From: an uncultured delta proteobacterium
GTDB taxonomy: Bacteria > Desulfobacterota > Desulfobacteria > Desulfobacterales > JAHEIW01
Direction: 5' to 3'
NCBI GenBank assembly: GCA_963706575.1
Contig: CAVPNL010000001.1
Location: 160,001-224,000, forward strand
DNA length: 64,000 nt
Below, piece by piece: positions 10,533 through 20,612 of this stretch; position 1 is the stretch's first letter, and every line of letters begins with the position of its first letter. The notes beneath the pieces were generated by a model, which saw only the letters and a list, made by a program, of their open reading frames with translations, had not been told where the DNA came from and made no database searches. Position numbers and translations under genes: made by a program.

Positions 10533-10611
10533 AATAATCCTCCTTGGTCACGTCTGCATCGATTTCGGATATCACTATATTAAAATGTATTTATGAGTAA
10601 CGGTTAACGAT

Positions 10612-11496
10612 TTAATCCTGAGCATCCATTCGATCAGATGTTTTGCTTTGGCCCAGCATCACAATTATCGCCACACCGGTAATAACCACCACTCCGCCGA
10701 TCAAGATCCGAATACTTGGGCGCTCACCTAAAAATAGCACCGCACCCACGATCGAAGTTACGGGGAGCAGCAAAAGAAACGGTACCACCTGGTTAACGTC
10801 ATATTTTTTAAGAAGATGATACCAGATCCCATACCCCAGTGCCGTCATCACAATCCCCATGTAAATAACCGATCCCCATCCGATCAGGGTTGCATTTTTT
10901 AGCAAACTGAGGTGGTCGCTCTCCAAGACGAGAGAGGAGGCAAGCATCTGCGGGCCTGCAAAAACGGAAACCCAGGCAATGAGGTGAAAGCCGGTGATCG
11001 TAAGCATTTTTTTGATCATCGTCTGACCAATCGCCCAGGTAAATACACCGGCGATAACCAGAAAGGCCGGAAACAATTGATTTCTTAAGCTCGGCGCTCC
11101 GGCGATCAGCCCGACTCCCAAAAAAGCCACAACCATTCCGCAAGCACGCTTCCAGCCGAGTTTGTCATTTAAAAAAATTGCAGCACAAGCTGCAGTGAAT
11201 GGGACCTCCAGTTGCATAAATAAGACAGCCGTAGAGGCATCCAATCCGGCTAAACCGTAAAATGTCAGACCATATTGAATGGTGGCGCTAACCAGCGCAA
11301 TAAGAAAAATCGCTCGAAGCTGTCCAATTGGAGGCGGGAAAAACCAGACCAACAACACACCGGATACGATGAAACGCATGCTCATTAAAAAAAGTGGTGG
11401 GAATTCGTCCAACCCAGCTTTTGCAAAGGTAATTCCAATTCCCCAGATGATCGGTACCGACAGTGCCAATCCGATGTCTCTTAGCGTAATCCGCAT
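10612..11496 (-). CDS. EamA/DMT family transporter
   Basis: About 10 hydrophobic segments, two EamA repeats, LFLGE motif. Confidence 0.9.
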   Translation of the reverse strand: MRITLRDIGLALSVPIIWGIGITFAKAGLDEFPPLFLMSMRFIVSGVLLVWFFPPPIGQLRAIFLIALVSATIQYGLTFYGLAGLDASTAVLFMQLEVPFTAACAAIFLNDKLGWKRACGMVVAFLGVGLIAGAPSLRNQLFPAFLVIAGVFTWAIGQTMIKKMLTITGFHLIAWVSVFAGPQMLASSLVLESDHLSLLKNATLIGWGSVIYMGIVMTALGYGIWYHLLKKYDVNQVVPFLLLLPVTSIVGAVLFLGERPSIRILIGGVVVITGVAIIVMLGQSKTSDRMDAQD

Positions 11497-11573
11497 CCTT
11501 TAAAATCCGACTCCCATTCCGTTTCCATTCTCACATCACCTCGCCTGCGGGGTTTCTCTGTACCGCATTCGGT

Positions 11574-12329
11574 TCATCCCATCGACATTCCGCCATTGAC
11601 GCGCAAGACCTGCCCGGTGATATAAGCGGCATCGTCCGAGGCCAGGAAGGCCATCGCAGCTGCAATCTCTTCAGGTTTTCCGTAACGCCGCATCGGAATA
11701 ATTTTGAGTGCTTCTTCCAGGCCTTGCGCATCGATATCATCAAACATCTCGGTGGCGATATAACCCGGAGAAACCGCATTGACCGTAATGCCCTGGGGTG
11801 CCAGCTCGGCTGCCATCGGCCGCAGCATCATAACGATCCCGCCCTTGGAGGCCGTGCAGACGCTATATTTATTTCCACCGAAATCGGCAATCTCGGTGAT
11901 GCAGGAACCGGTTGCAATGATCCGACCGTACTTGCGTTCCAACATATGGGGCAGGACGGCCCGGGAGACATTGAAAAAGCCTCTGAGATTTGTATTTATG
12001 GCGCGCTCCCAATCCTCGTCCTGACTCTCAACAAAGGGTTTGTCGATGATGATGCCGGCATTGCTTACCAGAATATCTACTTTGCCAAAGGCTTTAATCG
12101 TTTCGGCGATAAGCTGCTCCGCCTGCTCTCGTTGGGATACATCCGCCATGATGACCGTGGCTTTCCCCCCGGCCGCGTGTATTTCTGCCGCCACGGCCTC
12201 TCCCTTTTCTTTGCTTGTCACTCCATTAATCGCGACCCTGGCACCATCACGGGCAAAACGGTGCGCAATTCCCCTGCCGATACCTCTCGTACTTCCCGTT
12301 ACAATGGCAACCTTGCCTTCTAAGTCCAT
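11574..12329 (-). CDS. Short-chain dehydrogenase/reductase (FabG-like)
   Basis: TGSTRGIG, NAG, VNAVSPG; YxxxK position reads CTASK. Confidence 0.9.
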   Translation of the reverse strand: MDLEGKVAIVTGSTRGIGRGIAHRFARDGARVAINGVTSKEKGEAVAAEIHAAGGKATVIMADVSQREQAEQLIAETIKAFGKVDILVSNAGIIIDKPFVESQDEDWERAINTNLRGFFNVSRAVLPHMLERKYGRIIATGSCITEIADFGGNKYSVCTASKGGIVMMLRPMAAELAPQGITVNAVSPGYIATEMFDDIDAQGLEEALKIIPMRRYGKPEEIAAAMAFLASDDAAYITGQVLRVNGGMSMG

Positions 12330-12812
12330 AATCCCCTCCTTTACAAACTTTCAAGGTTTATTGTCGATCTTTCAAATGAAAATCAAATAAATAAAACATT
12401 ATTTTTAGATGAGGATTTTTAAATGCGCCAGGATGGAATCATATAACGGCGACATGATTTGATTACAGGACATAGGTGGTGATAATCAAGATTTAAATTA
12501 ATTCGCTTAAGAATAAGCTATGGATACAAAATCTGGGGAAATTGTATCTTCAATTTTCACATTTAAAAAAAAATCAGCTCATCCAAGTTTTAGCTTAGAC
12601 ACGATGTCCAAAATAAACTAAGGCCTCAAAAAGTGTGTATTCGCCATGTCTAATCTGTAAAATCAAGAGTCGTGGTTGAGGCACTTTTCTTAAATCAAAA
12701 TTTTTGAACCTTTTATGCCCTATCATATTTAAAAATTCTTGCGATATAAATTTGAAACATGTAATTTCAAGTGGGTTCGGTCGTTCGGGTTCAAGTCAAA
12801 AGGAGATTTCAT

Positions 12813-13376
12813 ATGACATACGAGGAGATTATCCAGTTTCACGGACATGAATGCCCGGGGCTTGCCATAGGCTACAGAATGGCTACCGCAGCAATGGAAA
12901 ATCTTGAATCTTTTCCTGCTGAAGATGAAGAACTGGTTGCAATAGTGGAGAATGATGCTTGCGGGGTTGACGCCTTACAGTGTGTTACTGGCTGCACCTT
13001 CGGTAAGGGAAATTTGCAGTTCCGTGATTACGGGAAGCACGTTTATACCATATATTCCCGATCGTCACGATCAGGTGTTCGTGTGCATTTTCATGGGAAT
13101 GATATTCCAGAAAGCTTACGCGAAGATCGAAAAGCCCTTAGCGATTGGATCCTATCTGCATCCAACGACAGTATCCTTTCTGTGACCCAAACTTCCATTC
13201 CCGAACCTGAATCTGCAAAAATCCGCGAGTCAATACCATGTGCGTTTTGCGGTGAGAACGTCATGGAATCCCGCATTCAGCAATTGCGTAAAAAGCCAGC
13301 TTGCATTCCATGTTACGAGAAGCTACGGAAGTTCAACCAAAACGATGAGGCAGGGATCGACAATTCGCGCCTTTGA
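12813..13376 (+). CDS. FmdE family protein with C-terminal zinc finger
   Basis: FHGHECPG, ENDACGVDA, CAFC..CIPC. Confidence 0.9.
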   Translation: MTYEEIIQFHGHECPGLAIGYRMATAAMENLESFPAEDEELVAIVENDACGVDALQCVTGCTFGKGNLQFRDYGKHVYTIYSRSSRSGVRVHFHGNDIPESLREDRKALSDWILSASNDSILSVTQTSIPEPESAKIRESIPCAFCGENVMESRIQQLRKKPACIPCYEKLRKFNQNDEAGIDNSRL

Positions 13377-13530
13377 TATCTGGGTTTTAATGCACAATCA
13401 TGATATCTGCAATATTGATAAACCTGTAATACTCTCAATATATCAAAAATTGAACTGTTTTGGAATTTCTGACAGTATGATTAAATTTATCAAACTCGAA
13501 TGAAAGTTCATCAATAAATGGAGGAAATAC

Positions 13531-13956
13531 ATGAAAAAATTATTTCGGTACAGAAAATCTGTTGGCTTAATCATGTTAATTTCAACATTTATGCTATACT
13601 TCTCGCCATCCCCTGCGCGGGCCGTTATGATAAATACTCGGTACGTAATTCATCAGGATTCTGAACAGCTTTATGCCAGGGCGAAAGTAAAAGCCTTTCT
13701 TTTAAGGGCGGATGTGATGGCACAAATGCAGACTTATGGAATTAATCCCACGGAAGCGCTATCCCGAGTTGATAGCCTGACAGATTGCGAAATTGCATCA
13801 ATAGCAGGCAAGATGGATCAGATACCAGCAGGAGCTGGAGACAATTATACAATGGATGGTCGCTTGTTAATGTTTATTGGCATGGCCATTTATGCAATCA
13901 TAGCTGCGATCGTAATATATTTTTCGTCTAACTCCGACAAGGAAGAGAAACCATAA
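13531..13956 (+). CDS. PA2779-like exported/membrane protein
   Basis: Signal peptide, RVDSLTD.EI..IAGKMDQIPAG, C-terminal TM helix. Confidence 0.7.
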   Translation: MKKLFRYRKSVGLIMLISTFMLYFSPSPARAVMINTRYVIHQDSEQLYARAKVKAFLLRADVMAQMQTYGINPTEALSRVDSLTDCEIASIAGKMDQIPAGAGDNYTMDGRLLMFIGMAIYAIIAAIVIYFSSNSDKEEKP

Positions 13957-14240
13957 TCAAGGCTTTTGGATGCCGATAACGTCGTCATAATTGTTGGAAG
14001 TAAAGAATGATACTTTCCTGAGAAAAAATGAATGGGTGCATTTATTTAATTTCTAAGCCCGGAATTTTATATCATCAAATGCGGATATGATATCACAAGT
14101 TGCCCGATTTAGTGATATTCTCAATGTATCACCATGTGATTGTAGCGAGCTCGCCAGTGATTAAATAATTTGATACAAGCATAAATGTCGTATCACCATC
14201 ATTATTGGGTGGTATAACACCTGAAAAAAGGAGGTGTAAC

Positions 14241-14405
14241 ATGCCCACATATGAGTTTTACTGTGAAAAATGTAAAAAATCCTTTAGCATAGTCCTTTCT
14301 ATTTCCGAATATGAAAAGAAAAAATACAGTTGCCCAAAGTGTAAAGCCAAAAAATTGAAGCAACAAATTTCATCCTTTCAGACGGTAACTTCAAAAAAAA
14401 GTTAA
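14241..14405 (+). CDS. FmdB family zinc-ribbon protein, copy 1
   Basis: MPTYEFYCEKC...CPKC; SD aggagg. Confidence 0.88.
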   Translation: MPTYEFYCEKCKKSFSIVLSISEYEKKKYSCPKCKAKKLKQQISSFQTVTSKKS

Positions 14406-14539
14406 CTATTATTGAGATACTGTTCTCAGAAAATGGGGATAATATCACAAGTTCCTTGTTTTGGTGATACTCTCAATATATCTCTAATTTGCGATATTGG
14501 GAATTTTAGATTTCACCCTATGCATTTCAGTCGAATAAA

Positions 14540-14983
14540 ATGATGGTAAAAAAAACACTATATAGAATACTTATATTCGATGATTCAGAAGAAATTCGAT
14601 CTTTATTATATGATTTTTTCAATAAAAGAGGATATGAGGTTTTTTCTTTCCCTAATCCCGCCGTTTGCCCAATATCTCACGAAAAAATATGTCCCTGTCC
14701 AACTGGAGTAGCTTGTTCTGATTTTATTTTATCGGACTTAAACATGCCAGTTCAACAAGGTATAGATTTCTTAGAAGGGCAAATACGTAAAGGTTGTCAG
14801 TGTAAAAATATGATTTTGATGTCTGGAGATTTTACTGAAAACGATATTGTACGAGCAAGATCTATTGGATTGATGCTTTTAAGAAAGCCTTTTGGTATTA
14901 CAGAAATTTTAGAATGGATAGAAAGCATAGAAAAAACTATTGACCCTGATAGAAAATTATCAGATTGGTTTCTTAAAAAATGA
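14540..14983 (+). CDS. Stand-alone response regulator with Cys-rich insert
   Basis: ILIFDD, SDLNMP, KPF receiver motifs. Confidence 0.82.
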   Translation: MMVKKTLYRILIFDDSEEIRSLLYDFFNKRGYEVFSFPNPAVCPISHEKICPCPTGVACSDFILSDLNMPVQQGIDFLEGQIRKGCQCKNMILMSGDFTENDIVRARSIGLMLLRKPFGITEILEWIESIEKTIDPDRKLSDWFLKK

Positions 14984-15232
14984 GTATGATATCCCAAGCT
15001 ACGATGTTTCTTTGATCAATGTATCACCAGTTTCGAGAATGCCTAATTTTGATTAAATAAGCCCATCCATTTGGGTATAAATGCGTATAAAATATTCCTG
15101 TTTTTTTAACCTAACGAACTGCTTCTTACATGGAATCAAATGCTCCTTCTTTTCTGATTCTTACGTTTTATCAATAAAATTTTATCCTGAGTTCAAAAGC
15201 ATGAAACCTTTTGAAATGAGGAGGGCTAAAAA

Positions 15233-16003
15233 ATGGTAAAGTGGAAATATTTTAAACCAATCCTTTTTTTATTATTTTGTTTTGCTTTTTCATTCGCTCT
15301 ATTTGTTGTTGAGGGAGTAGCCGAAGAAACTGTTAATATAACGACTGATGATGGTCAAAAGCTCAAGAGCACATACTTTGCACCATCGACTCCAAATGCA
15401 CCGGGTGTCATTTTATTACCTGACACAAGATGTGATAGAATGAATTTCGGCTCAATCCCAAGAAAACTTAATGAAGCTGGTTTTGCTGTTTTGGCATTGG
15501 ATCTCAGGTACAAAGATATTATCGCTAAGGCAGGAAGTCGAAAGAAACAAATTAGCACAATCCAGAAGCAGGATTTAATGGCTCTTGTAAAATACGATAC
15601 AAAAAGCGCTATTAATCTCTTAACCGGCAAAAAGCAAGTAGATCCAGAACGTATTGCTCTAATCGGTACAAGTCTTGGGTCGAGAGTGGCTATAATAGCC
15701 GGAGTTGAATACGACTTAAAAGCATTGGTATTAATTTCACTTTCTGGAGAAGTTGCATTTCCGGATTATAAGCCTATCAAAGAGCTTTTGTCAGATTATG
15801 GAGAGAAACCAATTCTTTTCATGACAGCAGAAAAAGATTGGGGTGGAAACGGAAAAGCTGCTGAACACAATAAGCTATATTACGAATGGAAAAATGGAAA
15901 AAAAGAATTAAAGATTTGGTCAGGATCTGGACATGGAGTTGAAATTCTTAAAAAAAATGAATCTATTAACTTCGTAATTTCATGGCTAAAAAATAATCTC
16001 TAA
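15233..16003 (+). CDS. Exported alpha/beta hydrolase
   Basis: Signal peptide, GTSLG nucleophile elbow, D...GHG. Confidence 0.82.
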   Translation: MVKWKYFKPILFLLFCFAFSFALFVVEGVAEETVNITTDDGQKLKSTYFAPSTPNAPGVILLPDTRCDRMNFGSIPRKLNEAGFAVLALDLRYKDIIAKAGSRKKQISTIQKQDLMALVKYDTKSAINLLTGKKQVDPERIALIGTSLGSRVAIIAGVEYDLKALVLISLSGEVAFPDYKPIKELLSDYGEKPILFMTAEKDWGGNGKAAEHNKLYYEWKNGKKELKIWSGSGHGVEILKKNESINFVISWLKNNL

Positions 16004-16111
16004 AAATTGACTCAAATAAATGCCGGTAAAAAAACGTATCAGAAGTTTCTTTGCGTTTTTAAAATCTGCGATATCTCCGACAAAGTACAAATATCAGGTT
16101 GCTAAATTTTT

Positions 16112-16420
16112 TGTGATATTCGATTTTAATCACAACTCAGAAGGGTGAATCTGGGCCGATAGATTTGCCCTTTTTATTGCCTCAAAGCCGCATTTTTCGG
16201 GCCTATGATTTGACAGTAGATTTTAAAATGCGATACGGTGCAGATATCCATATCGTACCTGAAAAATTGCGATATTTGGGTTTCTCTCAATATACATGTA
16301 GTTTTGACGAAGCTGTATTTTGGCAAAATAATTTGAGTTTTTAGAGAATTTAAATTTTTGTGATTACATCTACATATCCTTAGTTTGGGGATATTTGTGA
16401 TATTTTAGGATATCAAAAGT
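16112..16420 (+). repeat. ~310-bp non-coding module, copy 1 (copy 2 at 22603-22910)
   Basis: Highly similar collinear sequence, begins tgtgata.tcgattttaatcacaactcagaagggtg and ends gatatca.a.gt. Confidence 0.92.
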
Positions 16421-16532
16421 TTTTGGGAAATTAGAAGTTCACAAATATTGTGTTATATAGAATCTACGATATTGAATATCATAGATTATACCTAATACAT
16501 GTTCGACAAACAAAAATAATTGGAGAGTAACA

Positions 16533-17021
16533 ATGGCAAAAAATATTTCTTTTGGACATTTACTTATTTTATTATGCATTTTTTTTGTTTCGCCCCTTTC
16601 ATTATATGCTGCTGAGAAAAATATTGAATTATCGAAAGGCCAGAGTATTTATGTACCTGCCTATTCACATATATACAGCGGTAATCGGGAAAGTCCCTTC
16701 TTATTGACGGTGACATTGAGCATCAGAAACATTGATCCGAAGCATCAAATCAAAATCACCTTGGTCGATTATTACGAAACACAAGGTAAACTATTAAAAA
16801 AACATATAGATAAGCCAGTAACATTAAACCCATTAGAATCTTTACGCTATGTGATACCAGAAAGAGACAAAAGTGGGGGATCAGGCGCCAATTTTATCGT
16901 TGAATGGCAATCCGATAAATTTGTTAATCCACCCATTGTTGAATCAATAATGATTGGTACGCAAGCGCAACAAGGGATTTCTTTTACCTCTCGTGGTAAA
17001 GAAATTTATACCACTGAATAA
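16533..17021 (+). CDS. DUF3124 family exported protein
   Basis: GQSIYVPAYSHIY, GGSGANFIVEW, GISFTSRG. Confidence 0.88.
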   Translation: MAKNISFGHLLILLCIFFVSPLSLYAAEKNIELSKGQSIYVPAYSHIYSGNRESPFLLTVTLSIRNIDPKHQIKITLVDYYETQGKLLKKHIDKPVTLNPLESLRYVIPERDKSGGSGANFIVEWQSDKFVNPPIVESIMIGTQAQQGISFTSRGKEIYTTE

Positions 17022-17029
17022 TGATGGGT

Positions 17030-17091
17030 GTCGAACAAGGCTTTTGCAGCGGAGCGCCAAAAGCCGCGCCCGCTGAAAAGCAACGTTAATC
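17030..17091 (+). mobile_element. Integron attC site
   Basis: R'' GTCGAAC; ctttt(g)cagcgg pairs with ccgctgaaaag leaving an extrahelical G; R' GTT at 17085; complementary GTTCGAC at 16501 upstream of the gene. Confidence 0.82.
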
Positions 17092-17571
17092 AAGATACCT
17101 TCAACATACGCAAGCTGTGGGTGAACCTTTGATATCTCTTATAGTATCTGTAAAAAAATTGTCACCGTAATAGGACAGATACTGTAAACGTATCAAAGGG
17201 CAAACTCCTTTTGAACTATCTGCAAAAATCATATGAATAAACGCTTTACAAAACCGTTGATATCTCCAACTAATCGGCAAAATTGATGGCTTTAAAAAAA
17301 CTGTGATATCATATGAGGATATCTGTAATTTCGGTGAAATTCAGATTATTTCAATGTATCAGTACTTTCAAGAACTCCCAATAATGGTTGACCAAATCCC
17401 ATTGATTTGGGTATAAACACATCTAATGAATCTCTGATTTTCCTATTCCAACTGACCTGTAGCGGTTCTCTATTTTCAGAATCGAATCCTCTTCCTGAAC
17501 TGGCTTTTACACTCCTCCTAAAGTCCACATAATGAGTTTATCTGTTTGAACCCGATAAAAGGAGGTGTAAC

Positions 17572-17736
17572 ATGCCCACATATGAATTTTACTGTGAAAA
17601 ATGCAAAAATTCTTTTAGTATTGTCCTTTCTTTTTCAGAATATGAAAAGAAAAAATACAGATGCCCAAAGTGTAAAGCCAAAAAATTGAAACAACAAATT
17701 TCATCCTTTCAGACGGTAACTTCAAAAAAAAGTTAA
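17572..17736 (+). CDS. FmdB family zinc-ribbon protein, copy 2 (below ORF-track cutoff)
   Basis: Near-identical to 14241-14405, same SD. Confidence 0.88.
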   Translation: MPTYEFYCEKCKNSFSIVLSFSEYEKKKYRCPKCKAKKLKQQISSFQTVTSKKS

Positions 17737-17912
17737 CAGTAATTGAGATACTGTTCACGGAAACTGGTATTAATATCACAAGTTTCCAGTTTTGGTGATA
17801 TTCTCAATCGTTAACTGGCTGATATTTGGTTTTCTTTTAGACTATCACCACCAGCCGGAACCTTAAATTAGAAATATCTTGTACATCATTAAATATGAAA
17901 GGAGTAAAAACG

Positions 17913-18620
17913 ATGAGTGAAGTCACGCAACTGGATAAAACTTTCCACATCATCATGAAGCGTATGGTGGAGACGGGGCAGGCACCGTACTATACGGAAA
18001 TAGCAAAAGAACTCGGTGTGTCAATGGAGGAGGGGAGAAAGGCGTTGCATGATCTTTTCTCTGCCAGAATTTACGGATGGCTGTATCCCAATACGGATTT
18101 CATTACATCTTTCGCACCGTTCAACAATTTGCCTACTCAATTTCGGATTACCATCGATGGTGAGCAAAAGTGGTTTGGCCAGTGAGCGTTTGAGTCGCTG
18201 GCAGTCTGCTGGCTTTTTCCGGGAAAAGTGGTTCAAATCGACACACCGTGTCTGGACTGCGGTGAACCCATGCAGATTCAAATCAAAGACGGCGAGCTGC
18301 TCAAGGTTGATCCGCAAGGCCTGATCTCATACGTTGCCGTTCCACTGAAGGAGTGGTTCCGCGATGAGGCCTATTCCTGAGCGACCATGACATTCTTCCG
18401 GTCGGAAGAGCATCTGCACAACTGGGCCCAATTTGATCCTGCAACAGAGGAAGGAATCATCCCGCTAAATGATCTGATCAAACTCTTTTCGGGCAGAATA
18501 ACCCGTCGGCGCTTGGATCCTGACTATTTTTCACACATGCGCGAATATGTCGCTGATTTTATGGTAACTCTTCAGGAAATTGGTAAGACAGGACCGTTCT
18601 GGTCGATAGAGCGCTCCTAA
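17913..18620 (+). CDS. MerB-like organometallic lyase, probable selenoprotein with two UGA-Sec (U91, U156), 235 aa
   Basis: One frame through TGA 18183 and TGA 18378 gives WFGQUAFESLAV...TPCLDCGEP...AYSUATMTFFRS; hairpins 11-12 nt after each TGA. Confidence 0.82.
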
Positions 18621-18906
18621 TTAGCACCCAATTTAGGTCGACTGAATCCGGTTAGGATATTAGATGCGGGGTCAGTCTGAAAAACTGTGATACAGCTTCA
18701 ACTAATCAAAGATTTTTGAGGCCATTAAAATGTTGTGATATTTTGGTATATCACAAGTTTCCTGGTTTGGTGATACTCTCAATAAATCACAGGTCGATGC
18801 CAACGTTGGATACTGGCAAAAATAGTAGGTTTGAACTTGTGAAGCTCGGCCCAAAGGCAACAGTTTCTCTTTCGGTTGTGACAGGAAATAAAGGATAGAA
18901 GCAAAA

Positions 18907-20139
18907 ATGATCGGACAGACAACACGATGGCTCGGCTGCATATACCTGATGTTGTTCTGGATCGGAGCTTGTTCAACCCTGCACCCTGGCTTGGACGATC
19001 AAGGTCTGCCTCAAACCAAGTATATCTACAAGGTGCCCGTGGAAACAGATGACGGATGGGAGACCTCTTCTCTTAATGATGCAGGGATTGATCCGAGAAA
19101 AATCACTGAACTGATGCAGAATATCCTTACTCTGCGGTTTGCAAATGTCCACGGAGTATTGTTGGTTCGCAATGGAAAATTGGTTTTGGAGGAGTACTTT
19201 AACGGATACACATTCAACTTCTCAGGCCCAGGATTCAGGGGTGAACCTGTCGCCTATGGGCGGGACCAACTTCATGTTACGGCTTCAGTCACCAAAAGTG
19301 TCACTTCGGCCCTGTTGGGAATTGCCATCGACCAAGGTTTCATAAGTGATGTGGATGAGAGAATGGCTGCCTTCTTCCCACAATACTCAGATAGAATAGA
19401 TGAAAAAAAATCCAGAATTACCCTGGAGCACTTGCTTACCATGACCTCAGGTCTCGAATGGAACGAAATTGGGCGTTGGTTCAGAGATCCCGAGTTTGAT
19501 CTGGTCAGGCTGTTTGTTGAGCCGGATCCAATCGAATATGTCTTGTCGAAAGATGTTGTTCATGAACCGGGTACATACTGGTATTATAATGGTGGGGGCG
19601 TGAACCTGCTGGGTGAAGTTGTCCGGAAAGCATCAGGACTAAGGATCGACGCTTTTGCTGAGCACTATCTCATGGCGCCCCTTGGGATCAGAAAATATGA
19701 GTGGGACCACATCAATACTGAGATCATTCATGCCTCAGGAAACTTGAAACTCTGCCCAAGGGACATGGCGAAATTCGGGCAATTGTTTCTGAATGGGGGA
19801 ACATGGAAGAATCGCCGGATTATTTCCGAAGCCTGGGTAACCAAATCCACTAAACCGATTATCTCAATTCCTTTGAACTCCTTGAAAAAGGTCATTGCCA
19901 AGGAGTACCTGGCTTGGACGGAAACAATGGGAGATCGCTATGGATATCTGTGGTGGGTGAAGACCTTTTGCGCAGACTTCGGGTGTGCGGAATCCTACTT
20001 AGCTGACGGTTGGGGCGGACAGAAAATTGTCATATTTCCAAGTCTAAATCTCGTAGTCGTATTTACAGGCGGGAACTATGCCACAGCTGAACCGGTTCAT
20101 GAGATGATTTCCCAATATATCCTTCCTGCGGTTCAATAG
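18907..20139 (+). CDS. Serine hydrolase, beta-lactamase class C-like lipoprotein
   Basis: Lipobox IGAC, SVTK, LLTMTSG, YYN, YGYLWW. Confidence 0.9.
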   Translation: MIGQTTRWLGCIYLMLFWIGACSTLHPGLDDQGLPQTKYIYKVPVETDDGWETSSLNDAGIDPRKITELMQNILTLRFANVHGVLLVRNGKLVLEEYFNGYTFNFSGPGFRGEPVAYGRDQLHVTASVTKSVTSALLGIAIDQGFISDVDERMAAFFPQYSDRIDEKKSRITLEHLLTMTSGLEWNEIGRWFRDPEFDLVRLFVEPDPIEYVLSKDVVHEPGTYWYYNGGGVNLLGEVVRKASGLRIDAFAEHYLMAPLGIRKYEWDHINTEIIHASGNLKLCPRDMAKFGQLFLNGGTWKNRRIISEAWVTKSTKPIISIPLNSLKKVIAKEYLAWTETMGDRYGYLWWVKTFCADFGCAESYLADGWGGQKIVIFPSLNLVVVFTGGNYATAEPVHEMISQYILPAVQ

Positions 20140-20204
20140 TACCCAAAAAGCAATTTTGGGATTTCCCTTTATGCTCTTTAAAAAAAAATTAGGGAGAATA
20201 AGCT

Positions 20205-20567
20205 ATGGAGAAGCCCAGTTTGAGCATTCAAATCGCAGTTAGCTCGTTGGCGGGGCTGATTTTACTTAAAGCCGTATTGTTGGGTTCTCTTTGGGCCCAA
20301 GTCCAACCTCATCCCCCAGCAAGAGTGGGTCCCTTTATTGCAGCGAGCCTTAGCTTGACCGTTGTATCTATTCCACTCGTTTGGTGGCGCAATAAGATAG
20401 GATACACCACCTCGATAATAGTAGGATTACTTGGTCTAATATCATTTGGTCCTCATAAATTTTTTAGCGAATCAGCAGGCCAGATATTTCCAGCTATTAT
20501 AGTAGGCACAGTTCTTTCCGTAGTTTTGATAATCTCCTCTTTAGCGAGTTGGAGAACAAAGAAGTAA
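20205..20567 (+). CDS. Hypothetical 4-TM membrane protein (cassette gene)
   Basis: SD gggag, four hydrophobic segments, followed by attC. Confidence 0.7.
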   Translation: MEKPSLSIQIAVSSLAGLILLKAVLLGSLWAQVQPHPPARVGPFIAASLSLTVVSIPLVWWRNKIGYTTSIIVGLLGLISFGPHKFFSESAGQIFPAIIVGTVLSVVLIISSLASWRTKK

Positions 20568-20612
20568 AATAAAATTACCTTATTAATTTTCTCTAATAAT
20601 CTATATTTAAAA

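Noticed and set aside
12771..12797. tRNA T-arm-like gggttcaagtc at the island edge
   Set aside because: No pairing T-stem, acceptor stem or CCA end.
13951..13995. attC remnant after the PA2779-like gene (caaggcttttg shared with the 17030 attC)
   Set aside because: No complementary L'/R' half; similarly weak candidates near 13331 and 24526 were also not called.
17895..18620. Two small ORFs or a pseudogene, as in the ORF track
   Set aside because: Both stops are in-frame TGA at catalytic Cys positions with SECIS-like hairpins; recoding explains this better.
18907..20139. Bona fide AmpC resistance gene
   Set aside because: Only the broad serine-hydrolase motifs are present and the KTG triad is absent.
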